A stretch of DNA of 64,000 nucleotides from Trueperaceae bacterium (lineage in GTDB: Bacteria > Deinococcota > Deinococci > Deinococcales > Trueperaceae), in NCBI GenBank assembly GCA_965214405.1, contig OZ243956.1:2848001-2912000 (forward strand), read 5' to 3'. Positions 21,047-31,857 of this stretch are shown here, piece after piece. How positions within the stretch are numbered: position 1 is the stretch's first letter; each line of letters starts with the position of its first letter. Position numbers and translations under genes: made by a program. The notes beneath the pieces are model-generated. The model was not told the origin of the DNA and ran no database searches. It saw only the letters and a list, made by a program, of their open reading frames with translations.

Positions 21047-21636
21047 GATTCTCCGTTTTCGTTCGGTTCTCTGTCTGCGTCATCGTCCTCAGTTGTCTCA
21101 CCGCCGACCGTGAGCACGGTCGCGTTGCCGCTTGTGTAAATATCTATGTCGGCGGCGATTTGGATGGCTTTTCTGACAATCTCTTCGGCGCTTAAGCTTG
21201 TGTTTTTAAGAAGCGCGAGCGCGGCGGCCTGCGCGTAGGGTCCGCCGGAGCCCGTGGCGACCACGTTCTCATCGGGCGAGACCACGTCGCCCACGCCCGT
21301 CAGGAGGAGGATGCGTTCGCTGTCGACCGCGATAATCACGGCTTCCAAGTTCCTTAACATCCTGTCCGTGCGCCACTCCTTGACCGTTTCGACGGCGGAG
21401 CGTAGGAGGTTGTTTTTGTAGGAGGATAAGTAGCCCTCGAACTTTTCTAGGAGCGTAAAGGCGTCCGCGGTCGCGCCCGCGAAGCCCGCCAAGACCTCGC
21501 CGGAGCCCAACTCGCGCACCTTGACCGCGCCCCGCTTCATGATGGTGTCGCCCAGCGTCACCTGACCGTCCCCGGCAATCGCCGAGACGCCGTCCCTGTG
21601 AACCGCGACAATCGTTGTGCCGTGCATTCGTTCCAT
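21043..21636 (-). CDS. hslV: ATP-dependent protease peptidase subunit HslV
   Basis: [31 protein letters not shown]. Confidence 0.97.
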   Translation of the reverse strand: MERMHGTTIVAVHRDGVSAIAGDGQVTLGDTIMKRGAVKVRELGSGEVLAGFAGATADAFTLLEKFEGYLSSYKNNLLRSAVETVKEWRTDRMLRNLEAVIIAVDSERILLLTGVGDVVSPDENVVATGSGGPYAQAAALALLKNTSLSAEEIVRKAIQIAADIDIYTSGNATVLTVGGETTEDDDADREPNENGES

Positions 21637-21699
21637 ATAGGCGCAATGGTATCAGGCTGGGTTCAAAGGTATGTAAGGCAGGTTCCGCAGGGGGTTATG

Positions 21700-22113
21700 T
21701 CAAATAACCTCTAAGACCGCCTCGCATTTACCCCACTCGAGCGCCTCCTCACGCGTCTGGACCCAGATATCCACATGATTGGTTCGGCGCGGGTGCATCG
21801 TGTCTTGCACCTCCAGAACCATACCGGGGTTCCAACCGCCGCAGGCGTTCGCCTCGCTGTTAACTTCAACCACGCGGAGTTCGGTGCCGTAGGGAAGTTT
21901 GTCGTTGAGTAGGTCGCGGCTTACCGCCACAACGCCGGGGCCGACCTCCTCGCCCGTCGCGGTGATGGTGGGCGTGCTATCGGTCTGCGCCGCCTCGGAC
22001 GAATACGCGGTCATGGTGACCTCGAGCGTTTGCGCAAACGAAAACGAGAGCGCTAAGAGAATGGAACAGATTAAACTCCTGAATGTAATGTTCAATGTAA
22101 TATACCGGAGCAT
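21700..22113 (-). CDS. Secreted 3D-domain (MltA/Stationary-phase-survival type) protein
   Basis: GAGGAGG RBS, signal peptide, TAYSS...TATG, VAVSRDLL, VQDTM...VDIW. Confidence 0.85.
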   Translation of the reverse strand: MLRYITLNITFRSLICSILLALSFSFAQTLEVTMTAYSSEAAQTDSTPTITATGEEVGPGVVAVSRDLLNDKLPYGTELRVVEVNSEANACGGWNPGMVLEVQDTMHPRRTNHVDIWVQTREEALEWGKCEAVLEVI

Positions 22114-22348
22114 TTTATGCCTCCTCAAATAGATGAGCTTTGGGTTCTTTCTCGAGTCACCAAACACTATGTGACTTTCTTTACCTTTGCTAGTTAAGCA
22201 CATCTTCATGAAGATGATTGTCTCGTGAGAACCATTTTCTGCGAACATGTCCCATGAGCAAAAGGTGGGCCGCTCCGCCTCTCTCCATCTCCCGGTCTTG
22301 CCTCCCGGCCTTCCCATCTCCCTTTCCCCAATGCGTTAGCATAGTCTC

Positions 22349-22975
22349 ATGCCTTATCTTTTTGGAGGGGGCTGGACGGAGCTTATCGTCGGCCCCATGT
22401 TTTCGGGAAAATCAGAAGAACTCATCCGCCGCACCACCCGCGCCCTGATTGCCAAACAGCGGGTGCAGGTGTTCAAACCCGGCTTAGACGCCCGCTACAA
22501 CGCGCGCTGCGTGGCCTCGCATAACGGCAGGACGTTAGACGCGCAGGCGGTGGAGAGCGTGGCGGACATTCGGGCGGGGCTTGAAGACGCGACCCAGGTC
22601 GTCGCCATCGACGAAGCGCAGTTTCTCTCGCACGAGCTTGTGGCGCTTTCCGAGGAGCTGGCCGACGCGGGGGCGCGCGTCATCATCGCGGGGCTCGACT
22701 TAGACTTTCGCGGCGAACCCTTTGGCCCCATGCCCGAGCTTCTGGCGAGGGCGGAGCGGGTAGACAAACTCACCGCCATCTGCCGCTGCGGCCGCGCCGC
22801 CACCCGCACCCAGCGCCTCATCGGCGGGCACCCCGCACACGCCGACGACCCCATCATCTTAGTGGGTGCCGCGGAGTCTTACGAGCCGCGCTGCCGCGAA
22901 TGTCACGCGGTCATCCGGCACGAACGCGTCACGCCGCTTTTTCCCGCCAAGGCTGCCGCCGAACTTATGGGTTAG
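22349..22975 (+). CDS. tdk: Thymidine kinase
   Basis: [37 protein letters not shown]. Confidence 0.96.
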   Translation: MPYLFGGGWTELIVGPMFSGKSEELIRRTTRALIAKQRVQVFKPGLDARYNARCVASHNGRTLDAQAVESVADIRAGLEDATQVVAIDEAQFLSHELVALSEELADAGARVIIAGLDLDFRGEPFGPMPELLARAERVDKLTAICRCGRAATRTQRLIGGHPAHADDPIILVGAAESYEPRCRECHAVIRHERVTPLFPAKAAAELMG

Positions 22976-23032
22976 CGGCTACACCCACACATCCGGTTCC
23001 CGCTTGGTCATACTTTTTTCTGGGAGGGTGCT

Positions 23033-23236
23033 ATGGACGACTCGAGAGACCACTGGCCGCAAGACGATGAAGCGTCTCGTGATGTGTACAAGAGCACGCT
23101 TGACGAGGACGATGACGCGTACGAAGAGGATGAGCTTTATAAGGACGACCTTGAGGGGGACGACGAGCTTTACGAGGACGAACTAGAAGAGGGTGAAGAC
23201 CTCTACGAAGGTGACCTTGATGACGAAGATGAGTGA
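23033..23236 (+). CDS. Small, extremely acidic protein
   Basis: GGGAGG RBS; about half Asp/Glu with repeated (E/D)LY(E/K)D(D/E)LE units. Confidence 0.6.
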   Translation: MDDSRDHWPQDDEASRDVYKSTLDEDDDAYEEDELYKDDLEGDDELYEDELEEGEDLYEGDLDDEDE

Positions 23237-23252
23237 CGAGGACGACTAAAAG

Positions 23253-23486
23253 CTAATCTAAGGACGGCTCGAGCCTCGCCAGCATCTCTCTTAGTTTTGC
23301 CGCCGCCACGCCTCTGAGCCTCACGCTCTCGGACTTGAGCGCGTGCAGGCTCGTCTGCTCGACGGGGGCGTCAAAGGCGGCGGCGGCTTCCGTCTCGGCC
23401 TCGAGCCGGTCCAAGAGTACGCGGTAGCGCTCGTTAAGCCCTTCTAACGCGTCCAAGTCGTCCATACTGATGAGGTCGCGGTCCAT
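23253..23486 (-). CDS. Hypothetical small helical protein
   Basis: ORF fits the gap; amphipathic helical pattern. Confidence 0.55.
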   Translation of the reverse strand: MDRDLISMDDLDALEGLNERYRVLLDRLEAETEAAAAFDAPVEQTSLHALKSESVRLRGVAAAKLREMLARLEPSLD

Positions 23487-23500
23487 CCCCGGATTAAATG

Positions 23501-23725
23501 TTACGGGTAAGACTCGTGCGTGGGGTTGTCGGCTCCCGTGGAGGCGAGCCTCTCGAGCGCGTCCACCTCGGCTCTAAGTCTATAAACGTAGTTAAGCATC
23601 CACCCCAGGTCGCCATCCAGCTCTTTGGACCCTAGCTCCCGGAGGATGCCCTGAATGAGTTGAAGGTGGTCAGCTACCTTGCTCGCCTTGTTTTCATTTC
23701 CAGTAGCATTTTCGGTATCGCTCAT
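23501..23725 (-). CDS. Hypothetical small protein
   Basis: GGGAGG RBS before MSDTEN. Confidence 0.55.
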   Translation of the reverse strand: MSDTENATGNENKASKVADHLQLIQGILRELGSKELDGDLGWMLNYVYRLRAEVDALERLASTGADNPTHESYP

Positions 23726-23819
23726 GGTCCCTCCCGTATAAGACAAATTAGCACAGCGCGTTACCAAAAAGCGTTCTAAGGGCGCAAAAAGCCTCTTTTT
23801 TCAAGCCTTTGACCGCCAC

Positions 23820-25103
23820 TCAGGGCTGCAACCGGCTCCCGTCCCGCGGAAAGGCGCGCGCGAACCTCACGTTAGAAATGCCCAGCAGAAGCGCGGTGAT
23901 GCGCTCCGCCCCGATGGCGAAACCGCCGTGGGGGGGCATCCCGTATTTGAAAACTTCGAGGTAGCCCCGGAACTTTTCAGGGTCCATCCGGCGTTTCTGA
24001 AGCTCCTCGACCAGCACGCTATGCTCGTGAATCCGCTGCCCGCCCGAACTGATTTCGACGCCCCTAAAGATTAAGTCCAAACCTCGCGTCAACCCGTCGG
24101 GGGTCGGGTAGGTGTAAAAGGGCCGCGCGGCCTGCGGGTAGTGTGTGACAAAAACGAAGTCCGAGCCGTGCTCCTCTTTGGCCCAGCGCCCTATGAGGCG
24201 TTCTGCTTCGGGGTCTAGGTCTTTACCGCCCGTTTGATGACCGTAGCGGTCCCTGACGAGGTCTCGCGCCTCGAGCAGCCGAATCCGCGGAAACGGTCCG
24301 CTCATGGCGGGAGCTTCGGCCCCCAGAAGCTCCATCTGAGGCCCGCAATGCTCCACAACGTGCGCCATCATGCTTTTTACAAGCGCCTCCTGCATGTCCA
24401 TCACCTCGCCGTCGTTCTCGATAAAGCCCATCTCCACGTCGAGACTCAAGTATTCGGACAGGTGACGGCTCGTGTGCGAGAGTTCGGCGCGGTAGACGGG
24501 GGCGGTCTCATAGACGCGCTCGAAGACGCCCATCATGATTTGCTTGTAGAGCTGCGGCGACTGCGCCAGATAGGCGCGCTTGCCGTAGTAGTCCACTTCG
24601 AACAGGTTCGCGCCCCCCTCGGCCCCCGCTGCGACGATTTTGGGCGAGAAGATTTCGGTAAAGTTTTGTTCGTTTAGGTAGTCCCGAAACGCCCTCACAA
24701 GTTCCGCCTGCACCTTCATGGTGGCCCGCGCCTTGAGGCCGCGCAGCGACACGTGGCGGTACTCCAAAAGCGTGTCCGGGTTCGCGGTCCAGTCCTCTTT
24801 GGGGATTTCAATGGGGGCGGGCTCGAGCGCCTCCGAAATCTCTTCCAATGTGGTTGCCTGAATCTCAAACCCTCCAGGCGCTTTTCTACTCTCCACCACC
24901 CGCCCCGCCACGCGCACGGAACTCTCATTCAGAGGGACGCGCGCGCCTTCAAACACGCACTGGACCACGCCCGTGCGGTCGCGCAGGAGGAGGAACTGGA
25001 CGCCGCCTAAGTCGCGGCGGTTGTGAACCCAGCCTTGTAGAGTCACGTCTTGGCCCGCAAGCGTGGGCAGTTCGGCGGCGAAGGTGCGGACGGGGGTGGA
25101 CAT
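23820..25103 (-). CDS. aspS: Non-discriminating (archaeal-type) aspartate--tRNA(Asp/Asn) ligase, AspRS2
   Basis: Short 427-aa form with no GAD domain; GWVH and KAPGG match the His/Pro non-discrimination determinants of Deinococcus AspRS2; AQSPQLYKQ, PPHGGFAIGAER. Confidence 0.92.
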   Translation of the reverse strand: MSTPVRTFAAELPTLAGQDVTLQGWVHNRRDLGGVQFLLLRDRTGVVQCVFEGARVPLNESSVRVAGRVVESRKAPGGFEIQATTLEEISEALEPAPIEIPKEDWTANPDTLLEYRHVSLRGLKARATMKVQAELVRAFRDYLNEQNFTEIFSPKIVAAGAEGGANLFEVDYYGKRAYLAQSPQLYKQIMMGVFERVYETAPVYRAELSHTSRHLSEYLSLDVEMGFIENDGEVMDMQEALVKSMMAHVVEHCGPQMELLGAEAPAMSGPFPRIRLLEARDLVRDRYGHQTGGKDLDPEAERLIGRWAKEEHGSDFVFVTHYPQAARPFYTYPTPDGLTRGLDLIFRGVEISSGGQRIHEHSVLVEELQKRRMDPEKFRGYLEVFKYGMPPHGGFAIGAERITALLLGISNVRFARAFPRDGSRLQP

Positions 25104-25139
25104 GGCGGGCTCCTAAAACGCGTCTCGGCGCGAGACGGC

Positions 25140-25169
25140 AAAAAAAATCCCGAGGATGAGCCTCGGGGA
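25140..25169 (-). terminator. Intrinsic terminator in the aspS leader (attenuator)
   Basis: Minus strand CCCGAGG-CTCAT-CCTCGGG-A-T8, 37 nt upstream of the aspS start. Confidence 0.85.
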
Positions 25170-25190
25170 CAAACGCGGCGGTAAGTAACG

Positions 25191-25247
25191 CTACGCCCCG
25201 AGCCCCTCCAAATTATCGTCGTTGGCGTGGGGGGCGGGCGTCGTCAT
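25191..25247 (-). CDS. Putative aspS attenuation leader peptide MTTPAPHANDDNLEGLGA
   Basis: ATG 8 nt after the -10; consecutive AAC GAC GAT AAT codons; stop lies 22 nt before the terminator stem. Confidence 0.7.
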   Translation of the reverse strand: MTTPAPHANDDNLEGLGA

Positions 25248-25255
25248 TGCCGGGT

Positions 25256-25285
25256 ATCGTAGCAGGGGGCGGGCGGGGATGTCAA
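25256..25285 (-). promoter_or_regulatory. Sigma-A promoter of the aspS leader
   Basis: TTGACA (25285-25280), 18-bp spacer ending TGC, TACGAT (25261-25256). Confidence 0.8.
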
Positions 25286-25301
25286 CGTTAGTGCGGGGGT
25301 A

Positions 25302-26678
25302 GGGTGCAACATTGCTAAAGGGGATAGAAAAGGAGCTATAGGGGAAGTAAACTGGCGCATGGACAAGCCAGGCTGGGAAGAGAAAGCAAGGGCGGCATTC
25401 GAGAGGTATATCGAGGACATAAAGGCGACCCTGCCGCCGAACGCCAACTTTGCGGATATGGAAAGGGCGGTAATGAAGTTTTCGCCCGAGATCATGCGGA
25501 GTACCTTAGAAGGTTTGGCGGCTTCTAAAGATTTTTCCCCCGGAGAAGAAAGAAGTACCTAAAGGCTACTGGCGCAACGGCGTCGGTTGGAGTTATGTCA
25601 GTACAAGCTGGGGCCGAGTCGAAGTTTTAGTTCAACGTCTGAAAACTAAAGCCGGTAAGCAGCGGCAAATCTATCTCGATGCGGCGTTGGACGAATCAGG
25701 CTGGAGTCCTGAAGCTTTGGTGCGTCTGGTTGACTTGGGCACACGCTTACCCTATGAAGAGGCCGCGGCTGTGGCACAGTGCTTCGGTCTTGACGCCAGT
25801 CGTTTCTTGCTCAACGACATGAGCGCGGCTTGTGCCGAGAGCTGCCAAAGCGAGGTGTTGAAGCGGCTTCAAGGCGCAGAGGGCAAAACGGACAAGGTGT
25901 GCGAGGAAACCCGACCCCAGTCAATGAAGTCGGCAGGCCGCGTGATGGTTTTGCAGGTTGACGGCGTGTACGTGTTGGCTCAGCCTGAAGCGGGTTGTTG
26001 CCCCGGCCTAGAGATAAAGTCAGCCGTGCTTTATCCACAAAACAGCCCCGGCGAGAGGTGGATGCTAGCCGACAGATGTTCGGCAGAGGCGTTCTTACCC
26101 CTGCTGGCCGGTCTACTTACGGAAGCCAAGCTCACGCCCCAAGACACCCTTATCGGCTTAGGCGACGGCGCAGCTTGGATTGACACCATCTTTAGCTACT
26201 TAGGCGCGCTGAGAATTACCGATGTTTATCACGCCGCTGAGTATCTCGACCTTGTCATGCAAGCTATGGACTGGGATGAACAAACGCGCGCTTCTCACAG
26301 GCGAGACTGGTACAGGGCTGATATCTCCGCTCGGGACTGGCTTAAACAGCATCTACCCAGCCCTGAATGCTGGCTCACCTGGAGCGAGAAGGCCGTCACA
26401 GCTCTTCACTACCTTGAGAAACGCCTCGACTCTATGGACTACCCCCTTTACAAAGCCGAAGGCTACCCCATCGGCTCCGGTCAAGTTGAAGGGATGAACA
26501 AAAGCGTTATCGGAAACCGCCTGAAAAGAAGCGGTATGCGTTGGTCTGAAACGGGCGCCGCTGGCATGGCCTCCTTAAGAGCCCAAACTTGTGCCAAGCA
26601 TCCGCTCATTGACTTTGACACCTTACGCTTCAACGCCTTTTCCCTTGCTGCTTTATCCCCGTAGGAAATGTTGCACCC
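25302..26678 (+). mobile_element. Complete 1377-bp insertion sequence, Mutator-like DDE (ISKra4/ISLre2-type)
   Basis: 25-bp terminal inverted repeats, 21/25 identical, starting GGGTGCAACATT; 9-bp target duplication GCGGGGGTA at 25293-25301 and 26679-26687. Confidence 0.93.
25359..26664 (+). CDS. Transposase in two frames (25359-25562 and 25510-26664) joined at T5C5 (25532-25541)
   Basis: VDG, GDGAAWI, DVYHA and IGSGQVEG..K..I..RLKRSGMRWS motifs; the second frame is open from 25510. Confidence 0.85.
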
Positions 26679-26747
26679 GCGGGGGTAGAGAGCGGGGGAG
26701 GTAGGGAGAGGGGGAGAGGTCACGCTCTTTACCTCACCGGGTTGCTT

Positions 26748-27843
26748 GCTCGAGCCCTGACTTAACCGTAAAATCTGTTTTATGCGCCCAACCCCCTCCG
26801 AACGCTCTGTCAGCACCGACTAAACCATGCCGATTTTTCGTGTTGAAAACCGCTCCCTTACGCCCATCGAGCAGCATAACTTTCAGCAGGAGAAGGAGCT
26901 GCAAGCACTGATTGAAGCGAACCTCGGTGTAGTCTTCAACTGCCGTTTCGTGGCGTCCGAGTTTTCAACCGGAGCCGTCCATGCTGGCAGGATTGACACG
27001 CTCGCTCTATCGGAAGACAACAACCCAATTATCCTTGAGTACAAGAAGACCGAGTCGTCCGAACTCATCAATCAGAGCCTGTTCTATCTTCACTGGCTCC
27101 ACGACCACCGAGGCGACTTTGAAATCGCGGTTCAGCGGGCGCTCGGCTCCGCGGCGGAGGTGGACTGGTCCGACATCCGCGTTATTTGCATCGCGCCGAA
27201 CTTCAAAAAGTACGACATTCACGCGGTGCAGGTTATGGGGGCAAACATCGAGCTTTGGAAGTACAGGTTGTTTGAGAACAGCACCTTGTACTTGGAGGAG
27301 GTGTTTCAGAAGACGGTGTCGGCCAGCACGTCACTTGGTGGCGATGGTAAAGACCCGGTGATGGTCGCAGCCGGAAAGAAAGCCGCCGTAACTCGAGCGA
27401 CGGCAACCTACACATTTGAAGAGCACCTTGAAGGGAAACCGGAGGGAGTAAAAAGCCTCACGCTCGCGGTTCAGGAGTACATCATGAACCTTGACGCCGC
27501 TTTCGAAGAGGCTCCAAAAAAGCTCTACATCGCGTACAAAATTTCTCAAAACATTGTGTGCGTTGAGGTGCAACGTCAGAAGCTTTTAGTGTACTTGAAA
27601 CTTGACCCGAACAGCGTTTCTCCGTTGCCGCAGAACGCACGCGACGTGAGTAAAATCGGACACTTTGGCACGGGCGACTTTGAACTCTCGGTTTCGACAG
27701 AGGAAGACGTGGAAGCGGCCAAACCATACATTGAGATGGCGTACCGGCGCGTTGGTGGGTGAAAAATTCTTCTCAGTTAGCATGTTTTGGTGGAGACGCG
27801 GGTTCGGGGATTGGCTCGAGCCCTGACACACCCATAAAATCCG
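26748..27843. repeat. Imperfect 30-bp direct repeats (26748-26777 and 27814-27843) flanking the NucS/DUF5655 gene
   Basis: GCTCGAGCCCTGACTTAACCGTAAAATCTG vs GCTCGAGCCCTGACACACCCATAAAATCCG, 25/30 identical. Confidence 0.8.
26827..27762 (+). CDS. NucS-like PD-(D/E)XK nuclease domain fused to DUF5655
   Basis: EKELQ, GRIDTLAL...PIILEYKK...INQSLFYL; C-terminal KLYIAYK...RDVSKIGHFGTGDFE. Confidence 0.8.
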   Translation: MPIFRVENRSLTPIEQHNFQQEKELQALIEANLGVVFNCRFVASEFSTGAVHAGRIDTLALSEDNNPIILEYKKTESSELINQSLFYLHWLHDHRGDFEIAVQRALGSAAEVDWSDIRVICIAPNFKKYDIHAVQVMGANIELWKYRLFENSTLYLEEVFQKTVSASTSLGGDGKDPVMVAAGKKAAVTRATATYTFEEHLEGKPEGVKSLTLAVQEYIMNLDAAFEEAPKKLYIAYKISQNIVCVEVQRQKLLVYLKLDPNSVSPLPQNARDVSKIGHFGTGDFELSVSTEEDVEAAKPYIEMAYRRVGG

Positions 27844-27959
27844 CATTGTAAAAACAGTGTAAAATTCGTCCTCATGGGCTTTATCTTTCGTCCAACCCGC
27901 CAAAAGATCACAGTGCGCACTGACAACTTTCAGTCTTGCCTTTACACTCTCCTTAAATC

Positions 27960-28667
27960 ATGATAGCCGTTATCAGATTCCCCGGTTCCAACTGCGACGA
28001 CGACGCGCGTTACATATTGGCGGACGTGCTGGGGGCCGATGTGCGCCTCGTGTGGCACCGCGACACCGACCTAGACGCCGACAGCCTGGACGCCGTGGTG
28101 CTGCCCGGCGGCTTTTCGTACGGCGACCACCTGCGGAGTGGCGCGGTGGCTGCTTTAAGCCCCGTGATGCGCGAAGTGGCAGCCTTTGCAGCGCGTGGCG
28201 GGCCGGTCCTGGGCATCTGCAACGGCTTTCAGATTCTCACCGAAGCGGGCCTCTTGCTGGGCGGGCTCCTGCGCAACCCGTCGCTCCATTTTGTCTGTAA
28301 GCCCGTCTATCTGCGGGTCGAAAAGACCGACACGCCTTTTACGAATCTATACGCACAAGAGCAGGTTTTGGGGATGCCCGTCGCGCATAACGAGGGCCGC
28401 TACTACGCGGACGCGGAAACGCTGGCGCGGCTCGAGGGCGAAAACCGCGTCGTTTTCCGCTATTGCAACGCCCAAGGCGAGGTTAACGAGGAAAGCAGCC
28501 CCAACAGCAGCTTTCACAACATCGCGGGCGTCGTCAACGCGCAGGGCAACGTGCTAGGCATGATGCCGCATCCTGAAAGAGCCTCGGAGGAACTTCTGGG
28601 CTCTGCTGACGGTTTGCCGCTTTTTCGGGCGCTGCTCGAGAGGACCCAAAAAGGAGCTTTCACCTAA
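27960..28667 (+). CDS. purQ: FGAM synthase glutaminase subunit PurQ
   Basis: FPGSNCD, PGGFSYGD, GICNGFQIL, GMMPHPER. Confidence 0.96.
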   Translation: MIAVIRFPGSNCDDDARYILADVLGADVRLVWHRDTDLDADSLDAVVLPGGFSYGDHLRSGAVAALSPVMREVAAFAARGGPVLGICNGFQILTEAGLLLGGLLRNPSLHFVCKPVYLRVEKTDTPFTNLYAQEQVLGMPVAHNEGRYYADAETLARLEGENRVVFRYCNAQGEVNEESSPNSSFHNIAGVVNAQGNVLGMMPHPERASEELLGSADGLPLFRALLERTQKGAFT

Positions 28668-28668
28668 A

Positions 28669-29544
28669 ATGCGCCACCTCATCGTCTCCGACATCGACCA
28701 CACCCTACTCAGCAACACGGGCGAACTTTTAGCCGACAACGTGGCGGCGCTTAGTGAAGCGCGACGGGCGGGCGCGACGGTGGTGCTCGCCACGGCGCGC
28801 TCGTTTATCGGCGCGCTGCCCGTCCACCGGGCGCTGGGACTCGAGACGCCCCTCATCGTGAGCAACGGGACGATCGTGTGCGACCCGGACGGCACGATTC
28901 TGATGGTGCAGGCCGTGGAAGCTGCAACGGCTAGGGCGGTATTCGACCTTTTTGAAGGAACGCCCCACCACTGGTCGCTGCGGCGCGGGGACGTGGCGCA
29001 CCTTCACCCAGGGTTTGATTGCAGCCGCGCGCCTTTTGACGACGCGCGTTACTACCAGCCGCTGCTGGGAAGGCCTCGAGATTTCTTCGGCACGTTTGAT
29101 GATATCGTCACGCTGAGCCTTTTTGGGCAGGACTTGAGGAGCTTTTACGACGCGCACCCCTGGATTGATATGGCGCTCGCCCCCTCCTACTACGCGCCCT
29201 CCTACTATGACCCGCGCGAGGCGATGACGCTGATGTCGGTGAGCGCGAGCAAGGGCGAGGCGGTGCGCTGGGTGCAGAAGTATCTGGGGCTTGGCGGCGC
29301 GCCCGTGCTGACGATTGGCGACTCTACCGCCGACGCCACCATGTTCGCCTGCGGCGTGGGTGTCGCCCCCGCTTACGCGTCCGCCGAGGCGCTGGCCCAA
29401 GCCCACTGGATAGGTCCCTGTTGTGATGAAGGAGTCGTGGCGGCGGCGGTGAGGCGGTTTGTGTTTGAAGGGCTCGAGCCTGCGGTCAAGGTTAAAGCTC
29501 TCCTCACGCCTCTTCAGACCCTCGAGAACGTCCTCGAGGGGTGA
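28669..29544 (+). CDS. Cof-type HAD IIB hydrolase
   Basis: SDIDHTLL, LATAR, SKGEA, IGDSTAD. Confidence 0.8.
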   Translation: MRHLIVSDIDHTLLSNTGELLADNVAALSEARRAGATVVLATARSFIGALPVHRALGLETPLIVSNGTIVCDPDGTILMVQAVEAATARAVFDLFEGTPHHWSLRRGDVAHLHPGFDCSRAPFDDARYYQPLLGRPRDFFGTFDDIVTLSLFGQDLRSFYDAHPWIDMALAPSYYAPSYYDPREAMTLMSVSASKGEAVRWVQKYLGLGGAPVLTIGDSTADATMFACGVGVAPAYASAEALAQAHWIGPCCDEGVVAAAVRRFVFEGLEPAVKVKALLTPLQTLENVLEG

Positions 29545-29633
29545 CGGTTCAAAAACGCTTTAACCATGTTCTCTTTACCTGCGGTTAAAGAGTTTGCAGA
29601 ACCACCCACACAAAAATGCCTTAAACTAACCTC

Positions 29634-31847
<2,214 letters not shown>

Positions 31848-31857
31848 GAGGACGAGT

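Noticed and set aside
25105..25260. T-box riboswitch upstream of aspS
   Set aside because: The leader is only about 150 nt, with no TGGNACC T-box motif or stem I; a leader-peptide attenuator fits better.
27763..27959. Purine, ZTP or PRPP riboswitch, or a purS ORF, before purQ
   Set aside because: No recognisable aptamer motifs or terminator; no PurS-like reading frame seen.
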